Shown here: positions 51,201 through 63,400 of the stretch, piece after piece
Layout of the letters: every line of letters starts with the position of its first letter
How positions within the stretch are numbered: the stretch's first letter is position 1
Assembly: GCA_002633005.1 (NCBI GenBank)
Contig: NMRA01000527.1
Location: forward strand, 238,712 to 302,711
From: Phoronis australis
Lineage: Eukaryota > Animalia > Phoronida
DNA length: 64,000 nucleotides
Direction: 5' to 3'
Notes under the pieces: generated by a model
Databases searched by the model: none
What the model was told of the DNA's origin: nothing
The model's input: only the letters and a program-made list of their open reading frames with translations
Position numbers and translations under genes: made by a program

Positions 51201-54200
51201 CGAGTTACTGCAGCGGTTCAACCAGCTGCGTCAGTGGCAGCTGCAGCAGCAACAGAGTCTGATGCGGCAGCAGCAGTTGCAGCTACAGCAACTGCAAGGG
51301 GAACAGCAGCGCGTGCAGGCTATGCTGGCGAAACAGAAACGCCAGATGCAGTGGGGCTCGCCAAAGGCCAGTGCAGGTACACTGTTTTGAAAGTTGGACG
51401 ATATCCGGTTGACTCGATTGTATAATAACCTGTTCACAGTGTATATTGAATGCGCTCTTGTTAAGGCTAACTCTCCTCTATCAAGTTCCTTCCCCAATGT
51501 CCGACAGCTTCAATGCATTCTGCCAGAAAAAGCGAGTTTTCTACTAGAGGTCAGGAGGACATATCTCACCAATGTTTCTGGTAATAGATATACTCTGGTG
51601 CACCTTTGTTAATAATGGTACTACGTCTGTTGAAAACATATGCTGCTAGTCTTACTTCTAAGCTTCTGTGAGTTCAAGCTTGTGTTGTGGTGAGGTTCTG
51701 CTGTGTGGGTATGGCTTTTATGTTGTGTGATTATTGGCAGTTTCGGTAAACTGTTTTAATGGTGTCTTATAAACTGGCAACAACCAGAAAATTTAACCCT
51801 CCAGTAAACATTTGTGTTCAATTCCAAATTTACCTTCCCGGACATAAATTACTGGTATTTTGAATAAGTCTTTATTACCAGGTTAACATGGCATTCCAGC
51901 TACACCAATCTGAGAGATGAAAGCTGTCAGTTGACTTGTGTGTACAAACATTTTGTAGTACACGTGATGTGTACGCCAAACTGATGATTTCCTTCTGTAT
52001 TTTTGTCTTCACAGGAGTAGTGCCTGAATGGTCGAGTCCACGCAAAGTGTCGCCCCCAAAGAAGTCGCCACAAAAAGTGGAAAGTACACTTCCTCGTGCA
52101 ATAGCCAGGGGTACTCTAGCCCAAGCTCGGTCCAACAGGATGCTAAGTAGACCCCTCACGAAGCCTTCTCCTGTGCAGCAGGAACTCAGAGACATTTTGT
52201 CAGACACAGAGTCAGAGATACACAGCTTAGAGTTGGAGGAGGGTATCCAGCCTTTACCAGACACAGCCTCAGAAATGAGTGACTACATTAGTGGAGGACT
52301 GGGTGGCTGGGCTGTTAGTGCTTCAGACTTGAAAACTGTTTTTTTACAGGGTGATACCATAGTTAATAGCCATCATGATGGAAAATTGGTCAGTGGTGGT
52401 GTGAATTTAATTAGTAAAATGCAGAGTCCCAATGAAAATGTTGAATATGGTGCTTCAAAAGACTACAAAAGCGACTTCCAAGATAAAAATGAGAAAATTA
52501 CTCAGTTAATCGAAAATAATAAGACGAGCAGTAATGTGAAAAAGTTGGATAGAGCGGAAACCAGTGCAAAGGATGAAATGTCTACTATTACTGGTAAACC
52601 CAAGTCAATTGAGGGAGATACTACCACTCCGTTGGATGAAAGACCTGTTGGTGGGACAACAAAAACATTTGAAGAATTATTAGAAATTCAGCTTCAGAAA
52701 GAAGAACAGGAGGTAAAAATTAAAGGAGTGTTGAGCTTTAACGAATTTTACTTATTAATTCTTAGAAACAGGCGTTTAACTTGAGGATGTCCATAGCATC
52801 TAAATGGACACCCTGACTCAAATTTAGGCACCCTAGCTAGGACACCCTGTTCAGCATTTGGACGCCCAAGTAAAGTAAGCAAGGGTGCTTCTTTTAATTT
52901 GCAAGAAGCAGTTCTCGAAGTTCAGTGTCCTGTCCAGAACAAAAAAGAAGCAGTTCTCGGAACCCAGTGTCCTGTCTAGAACAAAAAAGTTGTTTCAGGA
53001 ATGAAATAAAATTTGAAAAACTATTTCAAAGCCATGTCTCCACAGTAGAATTCTACACTAACAGCAATGTGGGGTCATAAAAACACTATCATGCGTTATT
53101 GTTCATGGACATGAAGCCCTGAGAATTTGAGAACTTGGCTAAGACAAATCTTGAATTTCAGTCAATTTTAAGATAAAACTTCAGTTTGCCTTAAGTCCGT
53201 TCAAAGAAAGTGATCTTAAGTTTGACGTAAATTTTTTACTTCAGTTGTGTCTTAAGTTGGACTAACTTACTGGGTGTAGAAGTTTCAAAGTTTGAAAGCT
53301 GGGACAAATCTTAGACTTAAAACACTAGACGTTTAGCTTAACGCTAAGCTGCATTTTGGCAACCTGGAAAAAATTCCAGGTTGCCAAACGAAATCTGAAT
53401 ATCTGAGGTTGCCAAATGAAATGTGAGGTTGCGGACTGGCATAGAAATCATCAACTAAAAAAAGGTAGTACAGTGGTACAATGCCCCATTCTCAGAATCG
53501 AACCGGTACCTCTCCAATTTCTCCCTGTAAATCATTCTCTAACTCAGTTCCTCCCGCCAACGAATGAATATAGAACACAGAATATTGCATACACTGGTGG
53601 TGCGTATTTCACCAATCTTACCCAATTTTTGTCAAACAATTCAGACTTCCGTCCGTTTACTTCCTGTTTTAGTTTAAGCATGTGTTTGATTTGTGCTTGC
53701 TGCTCTGGTGGTTAATGCTCTGATTTCACAAAATAAACAGAATTATTGTGAATCAAAGGCAATGAATCTTGGAAAACTGTTAGTAATTTAAAGTTTGGAA
53801 GCCAACAAAAACTTTAAAATGAATTTAGAGGGAATTACTGTCTGACTTTGATACTCGCGGTGGCGAACTGCAGTTTGTCAAATTGAGCCTGACTTCAGTC
53901 AGTTTCTTTATTCGGGCCCCTGGGTTATTTCAGAAAATAAATGCCAGTTTAGTTTGATTTTGTAGCATCTGTGTTTGCTAAGTGAGCACAAAACTCAAAG
54001 TGCAAAAAATGGAATTTAAGAACAATTTTCTGTGTCAGGAGCCAAAGTTTTTACTATAAAATAGTAATACTAAAACAACAAGCGTCGGTACTAAAATATA
54101 TTAAAATATTCCCCACGTTTGGAGCGATGCACTCTTTGTCAGGGGCATCATACACATGTGCGCACCTAGCCTTCAATATGGGGGGGGGGGCTCGAATTCC

Positions 54201-57200
54201 TAATGTTGGAAACCTTTTTGGTAACAAAATAGCCGGCGGACTAAAAAAAATGGGCGCACCTCTTTGATTTGCGCGTTTTGTGCTTGTTTAGTGGACTTTT
54301 GTCTCATTTTCTCAGACTTCTTGTTTCTCGAAGGCGGACCTTTTTGCCCACTTCGCCAAATGGGGGGCTCATTCGAGCCCCCAAGCCCCCCCTGGGTGTG
54401 CGTGATACAGACTGCTGAATACATCCAACTACATGCATTTAGCAGTCTGTATCATACCCTTGACAAAGAGTGCATCGCTCGAAACGTGGGAATATTTTAA
54501 TATATTTTAGTACTGACGCTCATCGTTTTAGTTTTACTATTTTATATTTTTATCCATTGGTAACTGCGCAGCATTCCAGCATCTATTTGATTTCAAAGCA
54601 TTTACTGACAGGGAGACAATCAGAACTCCAGTTGGATCCCTGGACTGGAAATTATGTCCTTATATTTGAAGCCTTTAATTTTTGCTCTATCATTCACTTC
54701 TAGAACACACTCCTGTGTGTTAAATGGATATTTTTTCTTTGTGAAGGCATTTGCATTCTCATAGAACAAAATCCATTCTTTATCAGATGTTTTAATCCAA
54801 AATTACTGAAAATGTGGGCTGTGCTTCACAGTTCAGTAGACATTTTTGTGCATTTTAATTTAGGCCAACAAAAATGACGGTGCCAAAACTGCCAAGCGAT
54901 CTTTCCTTCGTAAAGGCCAAGGCATTGCAAGGTTTGGTCTGTCTGACACTCCACCTAGGAAGCCTCAAGTGCATAAATCCAAAACACCCAAGCAACCATC
55001 TCCCAAAGTGAGTATGAGCATCGTATGTTTCTGAAGGAGGTCTGTTTGCTACTCTTGCTGCTGACGCCACATATACTTACTTAATCAGGCTTGTAGTGAA
55101 TGCCTTACAGTACTGAAGTTGTACTTTACAAGTGTTTGTTTACATTTGGCCAGCACTCAAATCAATACACAACCAATTTTTTTCATTATATTGCTTTATG
55201 TCTTTTTCACGAAAGTTTTGTAATGTATTGTGTCATTGTGTATATGGGCGGAGGCCTTTTGTATAACAATGAAATAAACATCTATCATAGAAAAGCATGC
55301 TAGTTTCAAACACGTTTTGATGTTGAAATGCTGAAAGTGGTGTGTGGTTCCATGTTTTAACTACTTGATTAGAAGCCATTTTGATATGGGATGATGATCT
55401 TATAGAATAATAAGTTTAACATGATTCCTCCAACGGTTTTTAGCCAGTCTCTCGGAAGATTGCCAGCAAGACCCCTCCCAAACATCCACTGTCATTAAAA
55501 CTGTCGCCAATGAAGACGTCAGCTCTCAGCCAGACTAAGCTGGATAGTGGCCACCTGTCCGATTCATCGTTCCATGCTGGTATACAGGAGAGAGAACACA
55601 AGGAACAGGTGAGATACTGCATCAATAGTGAGGCTTAAAAACATGAGAATATTTTTGTTTGATAGGTATTCCAAAGATAATTAAATATATCTCAGCCATA
55701 TATAAGTACCTTTGTTCTTTTATTTTTGACTGACTTTGGAAACCTATAACAGTTATAACTGGGACAACGCCATAAGGACATGGTGCTTTAATCCCTCAAT
55801 TGAGGCCCATCTATGTTACAACTGTGATACAAATGACCATCAAAATATAGTCAGGGGACGATGTGGTTTTATCTGTAGACTAAAAACTCTTTGTGGCAGT
55901 GTACTTTTACCTCTAGAATTTGTGGATTAGACTAGCTATTAAATTTGTTTCTGTTCGATGCAGTTCGAACGAGAAGAGCTGGAAGAGTTTGAGCTGCTGG
56001 AGAAGTACGCTGACGCGTCCTTCATGAGTAACCCATCACCACTTGTGAAGGCCAACTGGAGAGCTCATATGGTGAGTTGTTGTTAGACGTGTCAATCTAG
56101 ATAGTTCTTATGAAGATTTGAGCATTAAACGCGTCATAGAAGAGAACTCATATATTGTTGAGCCTTGGAGACGTCTTAGTGGAGAGCTCATATGGTGAGA
56201 TGATTGTTTGATGCATCAAACTACGGAGCTCACGTGGTGAGTTGAACTTTGGTGGATTCCTGTTAAAGTGATTGTCCAATATTGATTCGTTCTTGCTTCA
56301 ATCTGTTATTTATGTCCTCTGACATTGGTTTACTCTTATTGCAGTTCAATACGTTCTCAGACATCTTAATTTTATTTGTAGAACAATTCTCTGATATTTG
56401 TGCACTTCTATTTCAGGGTATCCCCAAGCAGAGTTCAAAGCCTGTTCCTCAAGGTGACCACAATATTAACCAGAATAATATCGACAACAGACAGGATCTT
56501 GATACCAGCAGTGTAGAGTAAGTCAATTTCTAAATTTTATGATTTTAAAGTAGTCGTAATTAAAAGTACCGTAAATTCGCCTTCTGTCAAAAAAGTTTTG
56601 ATTTAGTTGACTTATCGTTTAAAACTGGTTCCAACTTATTCCTTACTCAGATTAGATGACCACCCACAAATAATCAGGGCTTGGAATTTTCCTCTTTTAA
56701 GATTTCCTCTTTTTTGTCTTGATTTCCTCTTATTTTATTTCCAGTTTCCTCTCATAGTTATATTGACTTTATTCATGCAAAAACATTTATTTCAGTTAAA
56801 TTTCACAACACAAAAATATAGTTCTATCACACAAGCCTATTTATTTGTGGAACAATACATCATCTGGAAAATATTCCTCTTTTTTGTCACGCTTCGTTCC
56901 AAGCCATAAATGCCTTTTGTGCTTAACTCTTGTTATTTTACATTATATTTTTTATAATAAACATTAAAAAGCTACTGCCTGGGTAGAAGCAGCAATTTGT
57001 TATTGCTGGAGTCCAGGCTCAACTAAAGGGCTTTACTCAGCTGGTCATTCTAGAGTCTCCAGTAGTAAATAACGAGCTCTCATTTGTTCCCAAGCCCAGA
57101 AATCGTTTATAATCTGAGTAAGGAACAAAGTGAGACAAATTTTTTTTATAGCCTGTATGTGGATTTAATCAAAAGTTAGTGTTTCGAGAGGAGGTGGGGG

Positions 57201-60200
57201 CTTATAGTAGTTTTAAGTGTAATTGTTATTATATATTTTTTAAAAATCTTGCCATGTCCTTAAAAGAAAGGCCTGTAAACAGAAAGTTCTTAGGGCTGTT
57301 CCAGCAAAATCTGTGTGGGAGGGGGGGGGGAGGCAACTGAAATAAAAATTTATGGGTGGTTGCGTTTGATTTAAATTCAAAATGGCTGGCGGTCATACTT
57401 CACAAAAATAAAAATTTACAGGTCGTTGTTGTTTCATTGGGCCATAAATGTTTGGTGGTGGGTAATTTTAGTAAATTTTATAAACAATCTGCACAGAATC
57501 AAAAACTGAAACAAAAATGCAACTTGCAAAAAGCTCCGACTTTTTCACTCCCTCCAATCTCTTCATCGGCATGCCTATAACACCATTTAACCACAGGAGC
57601 TCGAATTTCTCGATGGCTAATAACCATATATAAGAAACATATGTTTTCTTAGTAATGAATGACGTTAGTGGTGGTGGAGGAACAGATAAACTCAAGCGCC
57701 TGTGCAGTCAACCACAAGAACAAAAAAAAAATTATGGGTGGTTGCATTTCAAACTTATAAAAAATTACGGGTGGTAGGCTGAAGAAATAAAAATATGGGT
57801 GGTGGTTGCGAAAAAAGGTGCCTTCCCCCCCTCCCATACAGATTTTACTGGAACAGCCCTTATTGGTTTTATTTATTAAATCTTTTTTGTTCACTATCTG
57901 CTTAATTTGTTTGTTGAGTCGTGTTTTTTATTTTCCATCTCTTAGCAGTGGAAGTGGTTCAGATCAGTCATCTCAACTGGAACATCTGGAACATACTTTA
58001 ATTGAAGAAGAAGGGGAAATGACTGAAGTCAAGGTCATAAATGAATCACCCAATGTTAAGACCAGTGAGACAGCTTTTGGGAGTGCAGAAAAACCTATTC
58101 CAAGGAAGATTGCTTCCCTGAGTTTGTGGCATTCTGCAGAGGCTAAAACGAATGAAGATCAGAATAATGGTGATGATGACCATGATAGCAACCTTGGTGA
58201 AGATCAGGTTGATGGTACCCATGGTGATAATGACAGTGTTGGTAACCAAGGTGATAGTGACAGTGTTGGTAACCAAGGTGATAGTGACAGTGATGTTGGT
58301 GGTGATAGTGATCACCATGATGACAATGATGGACTCATTGGTGTTGGACAGTTCTCTGTCATTCACGAAGAGGATGAAGATGACTTAGAATCAAACACAG
58401 ATTCAGGTATTTGGTTTGTTTTTGGTTGTAGTTGATTAGAGCTTTAGGTAGCAAGTTTCTTTTAAATTTGTTTGTTAAACGCCATGCTCCAGTACATCTT
58501 AAACAACCTTCGTGGAGAATATCAATGAAATTACTAGGTAAGACTCATAGGATTTTTTTGTTAGAAAAAACAGTGTTCAAATTGAATGCCTAAATTTATT
58601 AGAGACATTCGCACGCTTGGCTAAGTGGTACTGTGTCATCATTTGCTTCTTGTCACCAATTTAGGATGCACAATCACGGGAAAGGAAAATTATTTTCTCT
58701 TTTTCTTAACAGATATGTAGCACTTTAAAATGTTCCTTTGCTATGTTCAAGCTCTGCGCTATAACTAGCATCAGAGAATATTTATTAAATCAGTTCTTGG
58801 CCACAGCAAGATTAAAAACCGGACAATTGCCGCACAAATGAAGAAGTTTATGTTAAATCAACGTTTCGTCTATTTGTTAGACATCATCAGGATATCCTGA
58901 TGATGTCTAACGAATAGATGAAACGTTAATTTAACATGAACTTCTTCCTTTTTGCAGAGAATATTTAGTTTATTATTGTGAGCCGTCTCAATGTTAGAAG
59001 ACCTTGACAATAAATAGTTTGAAGACGCCTTTGGTCTGTTGAAGAAGCACATAGTTTAGTAGATGTTTTGTCAATCTCTTTTGACATTTTTAATTCATTT
59101 AGTTCTAGATTCTGGTAAGCATGGCCTCTGTCTGTTTGATTTCAACGATGAGGAATCTTGGGACAGAAAAGACACGCCAGGTAAGGTCTATGTTGATCAA
59201 CAAATACAGGTCTCAGTGTGTAACAAAAACATTTTGTAGAATGTTTTACTAACTATGCTGTGTGTTTTGCATTAATATTGATTTATTTGTCATAATCATG
59301 TACTTCTGAGTTGCCAATGTTTTAGTCATTGGCGTTTTCAACACACCTTACTGCATTGTGGTATTTCCAGATGTCAGTTGACAAAATTTGTAAACCTGAC
59401 AGTTTGTTAAAGTTTGTTTAATAATGAATTTTGTTTGATGTTCAGGTAAGAAAAGCGCAGGTACGCCCGGAGATGTTGCTTCTCTAACTCCACCTACTAG
59501 TAAACTCATGACCAAGTTGTTCCCAAAACTCAAGAAACCTAATGAAGTCCAACCAGCGAGTGTGAAACAGGTTGGTTATGCTAAAAATTCCAAGAAAGCT
59601 AAAGGCTAACATTCTATCATGCGACACCATCTATTTATTACAGGGATACCGAGGTTGTAATTTTCGCTCTTAGATCTCAACCTTCCATGATTTGTTTTGA
59701 GTAACTTCTCACCTGAGCACATAACAACAGTGTTGCCTCCTGCACAGGCGAGCATCTCTAAACAATCTTCTGTGATGTCACTGGTTCATGTTAGCCTTTC
59801 TTTGACCTGGCAGGGTTAGTTATGTGTCTAAATGTGAATGATATGAAAAATCTCCCTACTTCATTTTACAAGTCTCGTGCGAACCTCGCAGGTGTATGTA
59901 AATATTGGCTATTGGGGATCATAAATCAGTACTCAATGCGATTCAATAGCCATATTGCAGACCTGTGTACGATACGCAAAAAATGCGGATTCGTACGGAA
60001 ATTGAACCTCCAGTACGCAAGTACGCACAGCCAGGCAAAAATACGCAAATTCAGTAAATTCAAAAGAGATTATTAATTTGGTTGTTTCTCAATAAATATG
60101 CCAATTTTGTAGCCGAAACAGACGAGGAAGAAGATTTTAAAGTTAGAAATTAAAAAATATTGTAAAATCATTAGTTTAGCTAAAAAGTTGAGCTACAAAC

Positions 60201-62883
60201 TCGGAAAACTTGCTTCGTTTCATTCTCGAAATAGCCTGATAATCGGTGAATCGGTATGTGTGTCACAGGCCTAACCTATAAGCAATGACTTCTGTGATTT
60301 GTGGATTGCTTACTTCGTCTAATTCGGGTTATTTACGGCTAAGTACGTACTGTTGACAAAATGTGTTGTTTTTTGCGGACACGGTGACTGCACTGACTTT
60401 GTAGCATGTTGAGCTGATAACACTCGAGCCGCAGTCGAGCCTCGAGGTTTTTTCGCATGCAGTACGGTGGTACGTGTTCACAGACACTTGCAATTAATAA
60501 TTATTCAAAACTTTTGTGAATGATTAAGAAAATATCGTCTGATGCAAAACATTGTCCAGTGCAGATTCATCAACACATTTTTGCAATCATGTTTTTGTGT
60601 TAACTGAGAAATTAGGTGTAGATTAGGCATGTATTAACATAACTTGAGTTCAGTAAGGACCTTTTCTATTGATTAACAGGATCTTTTCACCAAGCGCATT
60701 ATCCCTCAACTAAACACCTTAAATTATTCTGAAAATTGGTGACCAATTCACTACCTCAAGAGCCGTATTGAAATCAAATAGATGTTGTAATGCCGTGCAG
60801 TTACCGATGAATAAAAATATAAAATAGTAAAACTAGTAATTTAAAACTAAAATGATGAGCATCATTTTAGTTCTACTAGTTTTATTATTCACTACGTGTA
60901 TTTTAGAAACTGTTTCAGAGGCAAGTAGGAAAAGTACTCATGCACGTACCCAGGGCGGGGAGGGGCTCGAATGAGTCCCCCATTTGGCAAAAAGGTCCTC
61001 CTGAGAGAAACCAAAAGTTTGAGACAAAAGTCCACTAAAACACAATTCATAGCTCTGAACACTGAACGAACCCGGTTTTTTTACTTAATGAAAGNCTTAA
61101 TTTAGCAAGTGTATTTATATGATGTTGACTATGGACGACGACGGCTTTCAGACAGATCGGACTACTGCTGTGCCCCCTAGTGGCAATTTTAGTTTTTTAC
61201 GTTTAACTCTGTATCTTCAAAGGTTCTCAACAGATTTTCATAAAATTTTAAATATAGGCATCTATTGGTGTGTTGACGCTGTCTTTCTGTTTTTGGATGG
61301 AATCGAGGTATTTTGCACCACCTAGTAGCCATTTTTGCTGTTTTCAAATCTTGTTTTTGGCGTCCACCTCTGTATCAACCAAATCATTTTAAGGATGGTT
61401 TTCAAAATTGGTATATGTATGTTCTCAGTGTGAAGACGACGTTTGATGATGGTGACTGAATACTGTGGTGCCTCCTAGTGATAGTTTCGTTTTGTGCCCA
61501 TAGTTGTATCTCCTAAACCCACTACAGGATCTTTATTAAATTTAGTAAGTGTACTTATATGAAGATAACAACAGACGACGACAACTTTCAGGCGGATCCA
61601 ACGGACACTGTGCCCACTAGTGGCAATTTCATTTTATTACGTTTTCCTTTGTTTCTCTGAAGTTCCTTGACAGATTTTTATGAAATATGGCATTTCCTGT
61701 TTTTGGATGGATTGTACGTTTTTGCGCCATCTAGTGGCCATTTTTATGATACAAATAAATAACCCTAAAAGCACACCATTTGCAATGCATTCGTGGGTGC
61801 ATTTCAACGCTCCGCGTTGCTCTTATTCATCTAGTGGTGAACTCGTGAACTAAATCATTAATTTGGCTCATTAGCTGGTATTCAGGTTGCTATTAATTAT
61901 AATATGACATCATTAGGTTGAAATCTGAGAGTATAAGATGGTGGACAATTTGATTCGTTGTTGTTAGAGAAATGTCAAAATAGGCGAAATATAAGACAAT
62001 TTGTGATTTCTTAAATATCCCAAGGGAATTTGATTTGGTTAGTACTAGAATGCTCAACAAGAATTTTCCCCCATCCTTTTGATTTATACCCATAACACAA
62101 ATTTCTGAAAAATATTCAATGGACCTTCAGCTCTGTTTGAGCTGAGTATTGGTAATAATGATTTGCGCTGTCTGCTGTTTATGGGTATTTTCAAATGTTC
62201 AATCCTATGCATGTTTACCATTTTGGGATGTATCCTAGTTAACCATTATAATTAACGAACCACATTGTGTGCAGTACAGATAGAAGCTTGACTGGAATTT
62301 GTAATAGATTGTTAACACATGAACCCTCTATATTTCATACTGCTGTCAAAATCAAAACCTGTTGTATTACTCTTTTGACTGTTGGCATGTAACGTCATCT
62401 TTTTATTCAGAGACTGGAAAAAATGAAAAAAGAAGTCGACGAATTTGAGAAACAGAAAGGGGAAGAGCTGAAAAGAATCCAAGAATACAAAACTCAAGAG
62501 ATGAAGAAAATTAAGTATGTACCTGCAATGTTTTCAATGAACTTAAACCTGACAATAATGTAAAAGGGTGTTGAGTGTATACTAGGTAACTGGTTGTAGT
62601 ATCAGGAGTAATCCTCTGAAAAATAAGATAATGATAATTTTACAAATTATTTTTTCTCACAAATTGAAGATTTTTCCCTGTAGCTGTGCTAATTCAGTAC
62701 CTTCGGTACGTTGCTATTCATTAGGGTTCAACTGTTTCATGTTTGTGTAAATTCAGGGAAGAAATATGTTATGGCTGTTTTGTATTCGATTTCAGACATG
62801 AGCGCAAGATATTTGACCAGTATCGAAAGGCGGCCATACCTGACAAGAAGGAGCGAGAGGAAATTGAGAACCTGAAAACACAG
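48269..62883 (+). CDS. CENPJ: Centromere protein J / CPAP / SAS-4 (centriole assembly), 5' part; gene continues beyond the window
   Basis: Phase-consistent exons 48269-48512, 51152-51376, 52015-52712, 54864-55007, 55444-55608, 55964-56071, 56417-56517, 57946-58406, 59109-59180, 59446-59570, 62411-62514, 62796-62883. Motifs: N-terminal W..SRAGVLL, Q-rich coiled coil, PN2-3 tubulin-binding DERPV...KTFEELLEIQL, KRSFLRKGQGIARF, ELEEFELLE..AD.SF.SN, FNDEESW, PPTSKLMTKLFPKLK, ERKIFDQY...PDKKEREEI. Confidence 0.93.
49336..50652. mobile_element. Degenerate non-autonomous mariner/pogo-type element, about 1.3 kb, in a CENPJ intron
   Basis: Left cgtagtcgccccaataagtgccc, right gggcgcttattagggcaagtatag|ta; subterminal ATAAG(C/T)GCCC repeats at both ends. 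Confidence 0.7.
54055..54546. mobile_element. Inverted pair of about 100-bp Penelope pseudo-LTR-like segments with hammerhead-like cores, interrupted by a small G/C-tract element
   Basis: Arms 54055-54153 and 54449-54546 are reverse complements. Right arm core: ccc-TTGACAA-A-GAGTG-cat-CGCTC-GAAA-cgtggg. The insert at about 54154-54405 has a related partial copy at about 60939-61045. Confidence 0.6.
57293..57859. mobile_element. PIF/Harbinger MITE, 567 bp
   Basis: TIR GGGCTGTTCCAG(C/T)AAAATCTGT(G/A)TGGGAGGGGGG at both ends; TTA TSD at 57290-57292 and 57860-57862; inner atgggtggt repeats. Confidence 0.9.
58222..58312 (+). repeat. Coding 27-bp tandem repeat (GDxDSVGNQ) in an acidic CENPJ exon
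   Basis: gacagtgttggtaaccaaggtgatagt occurs twice, plus a degenerate copy, in frame. Confidence 0.8.
59958..60530 (+). mobile_element. Fragment of the repeat family at 23236-24692
   Basis: gacctgtgtacgatacgcaaaaaatgcg...aataattattcaaaacttttgtgaatg aligns with the reverse complement of about 23558-24272. Confidence 0.85.
61096..61834 (+). mobile_element. Non-autonomous Helitron-type element, 3' part, with internal repeats of about 145 bp
   Basis: Hairpin CAACGC-tcc-GCGTTG at 61805-61819, then CTAG|T 11 nt later (61831-61835), the canonical Helitron 3' end. Internal diverged repeats each carry a GCC.C/TCTAGTGG motif. The 5' end is lost in the gap at 61095. Confidence 0.7.
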
Positions 62884-63315
62884 GTATTGAATTTGGCTCT
62901 CCACTTTGACATTCATTTATTTTTTTCTCATTATTCAACAAATGTAAAAAGATATCTTGGAGTTACTTTTTTGAACTTCAAAACTTGTATGCTGGATAAG
63001 TTTGATTGTTGCATGACGTCAGGTACATTGTTCAATAGTAGCAAGGTGATGTGGGATAGTGTCACATTATTGTTGCAATCCAGTTTGTCATCTTTATGTA
63101 ACCGGAAAGAGTTCTTTATTTAGAGGTTGTAGTGCATGGTAAGAGTCGTAATTCAAGTGTATGTACAAACGAAAAAGAGGAAGCGCATTCGTACATACAC
63201 GCGTAAGCTTGCCTTGATTTAGAGCTATCATTTTAAACTTCATCTCAGTTTGTTCTTTATTTAGATTAGAAGTCATTTCTGGGCTTGGGAAGAACTGCTA
63301 ATTCATTATTGCTTG

Positions 63316-63400
63316 AAACCTGGCGCAGTATGAGACCTGGCTCAGTATGAGACCTGGCTCAGTATGAGTCCTGGCTCAGTACTAGACCTGGCTCAGTACG
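63316..63400. repeat. 17-bp tandem repeat, about 5 copies
   Basis: Unit gagacctggctcagtat. Confidence 0.9.

Noticed and set aside
57941-57948. NAGNAG acceptor (TAGCAG) in CENPJ
   Set aside because: Real in the sequence but would change only one Ser in a low-complexity region. Common and not notable.
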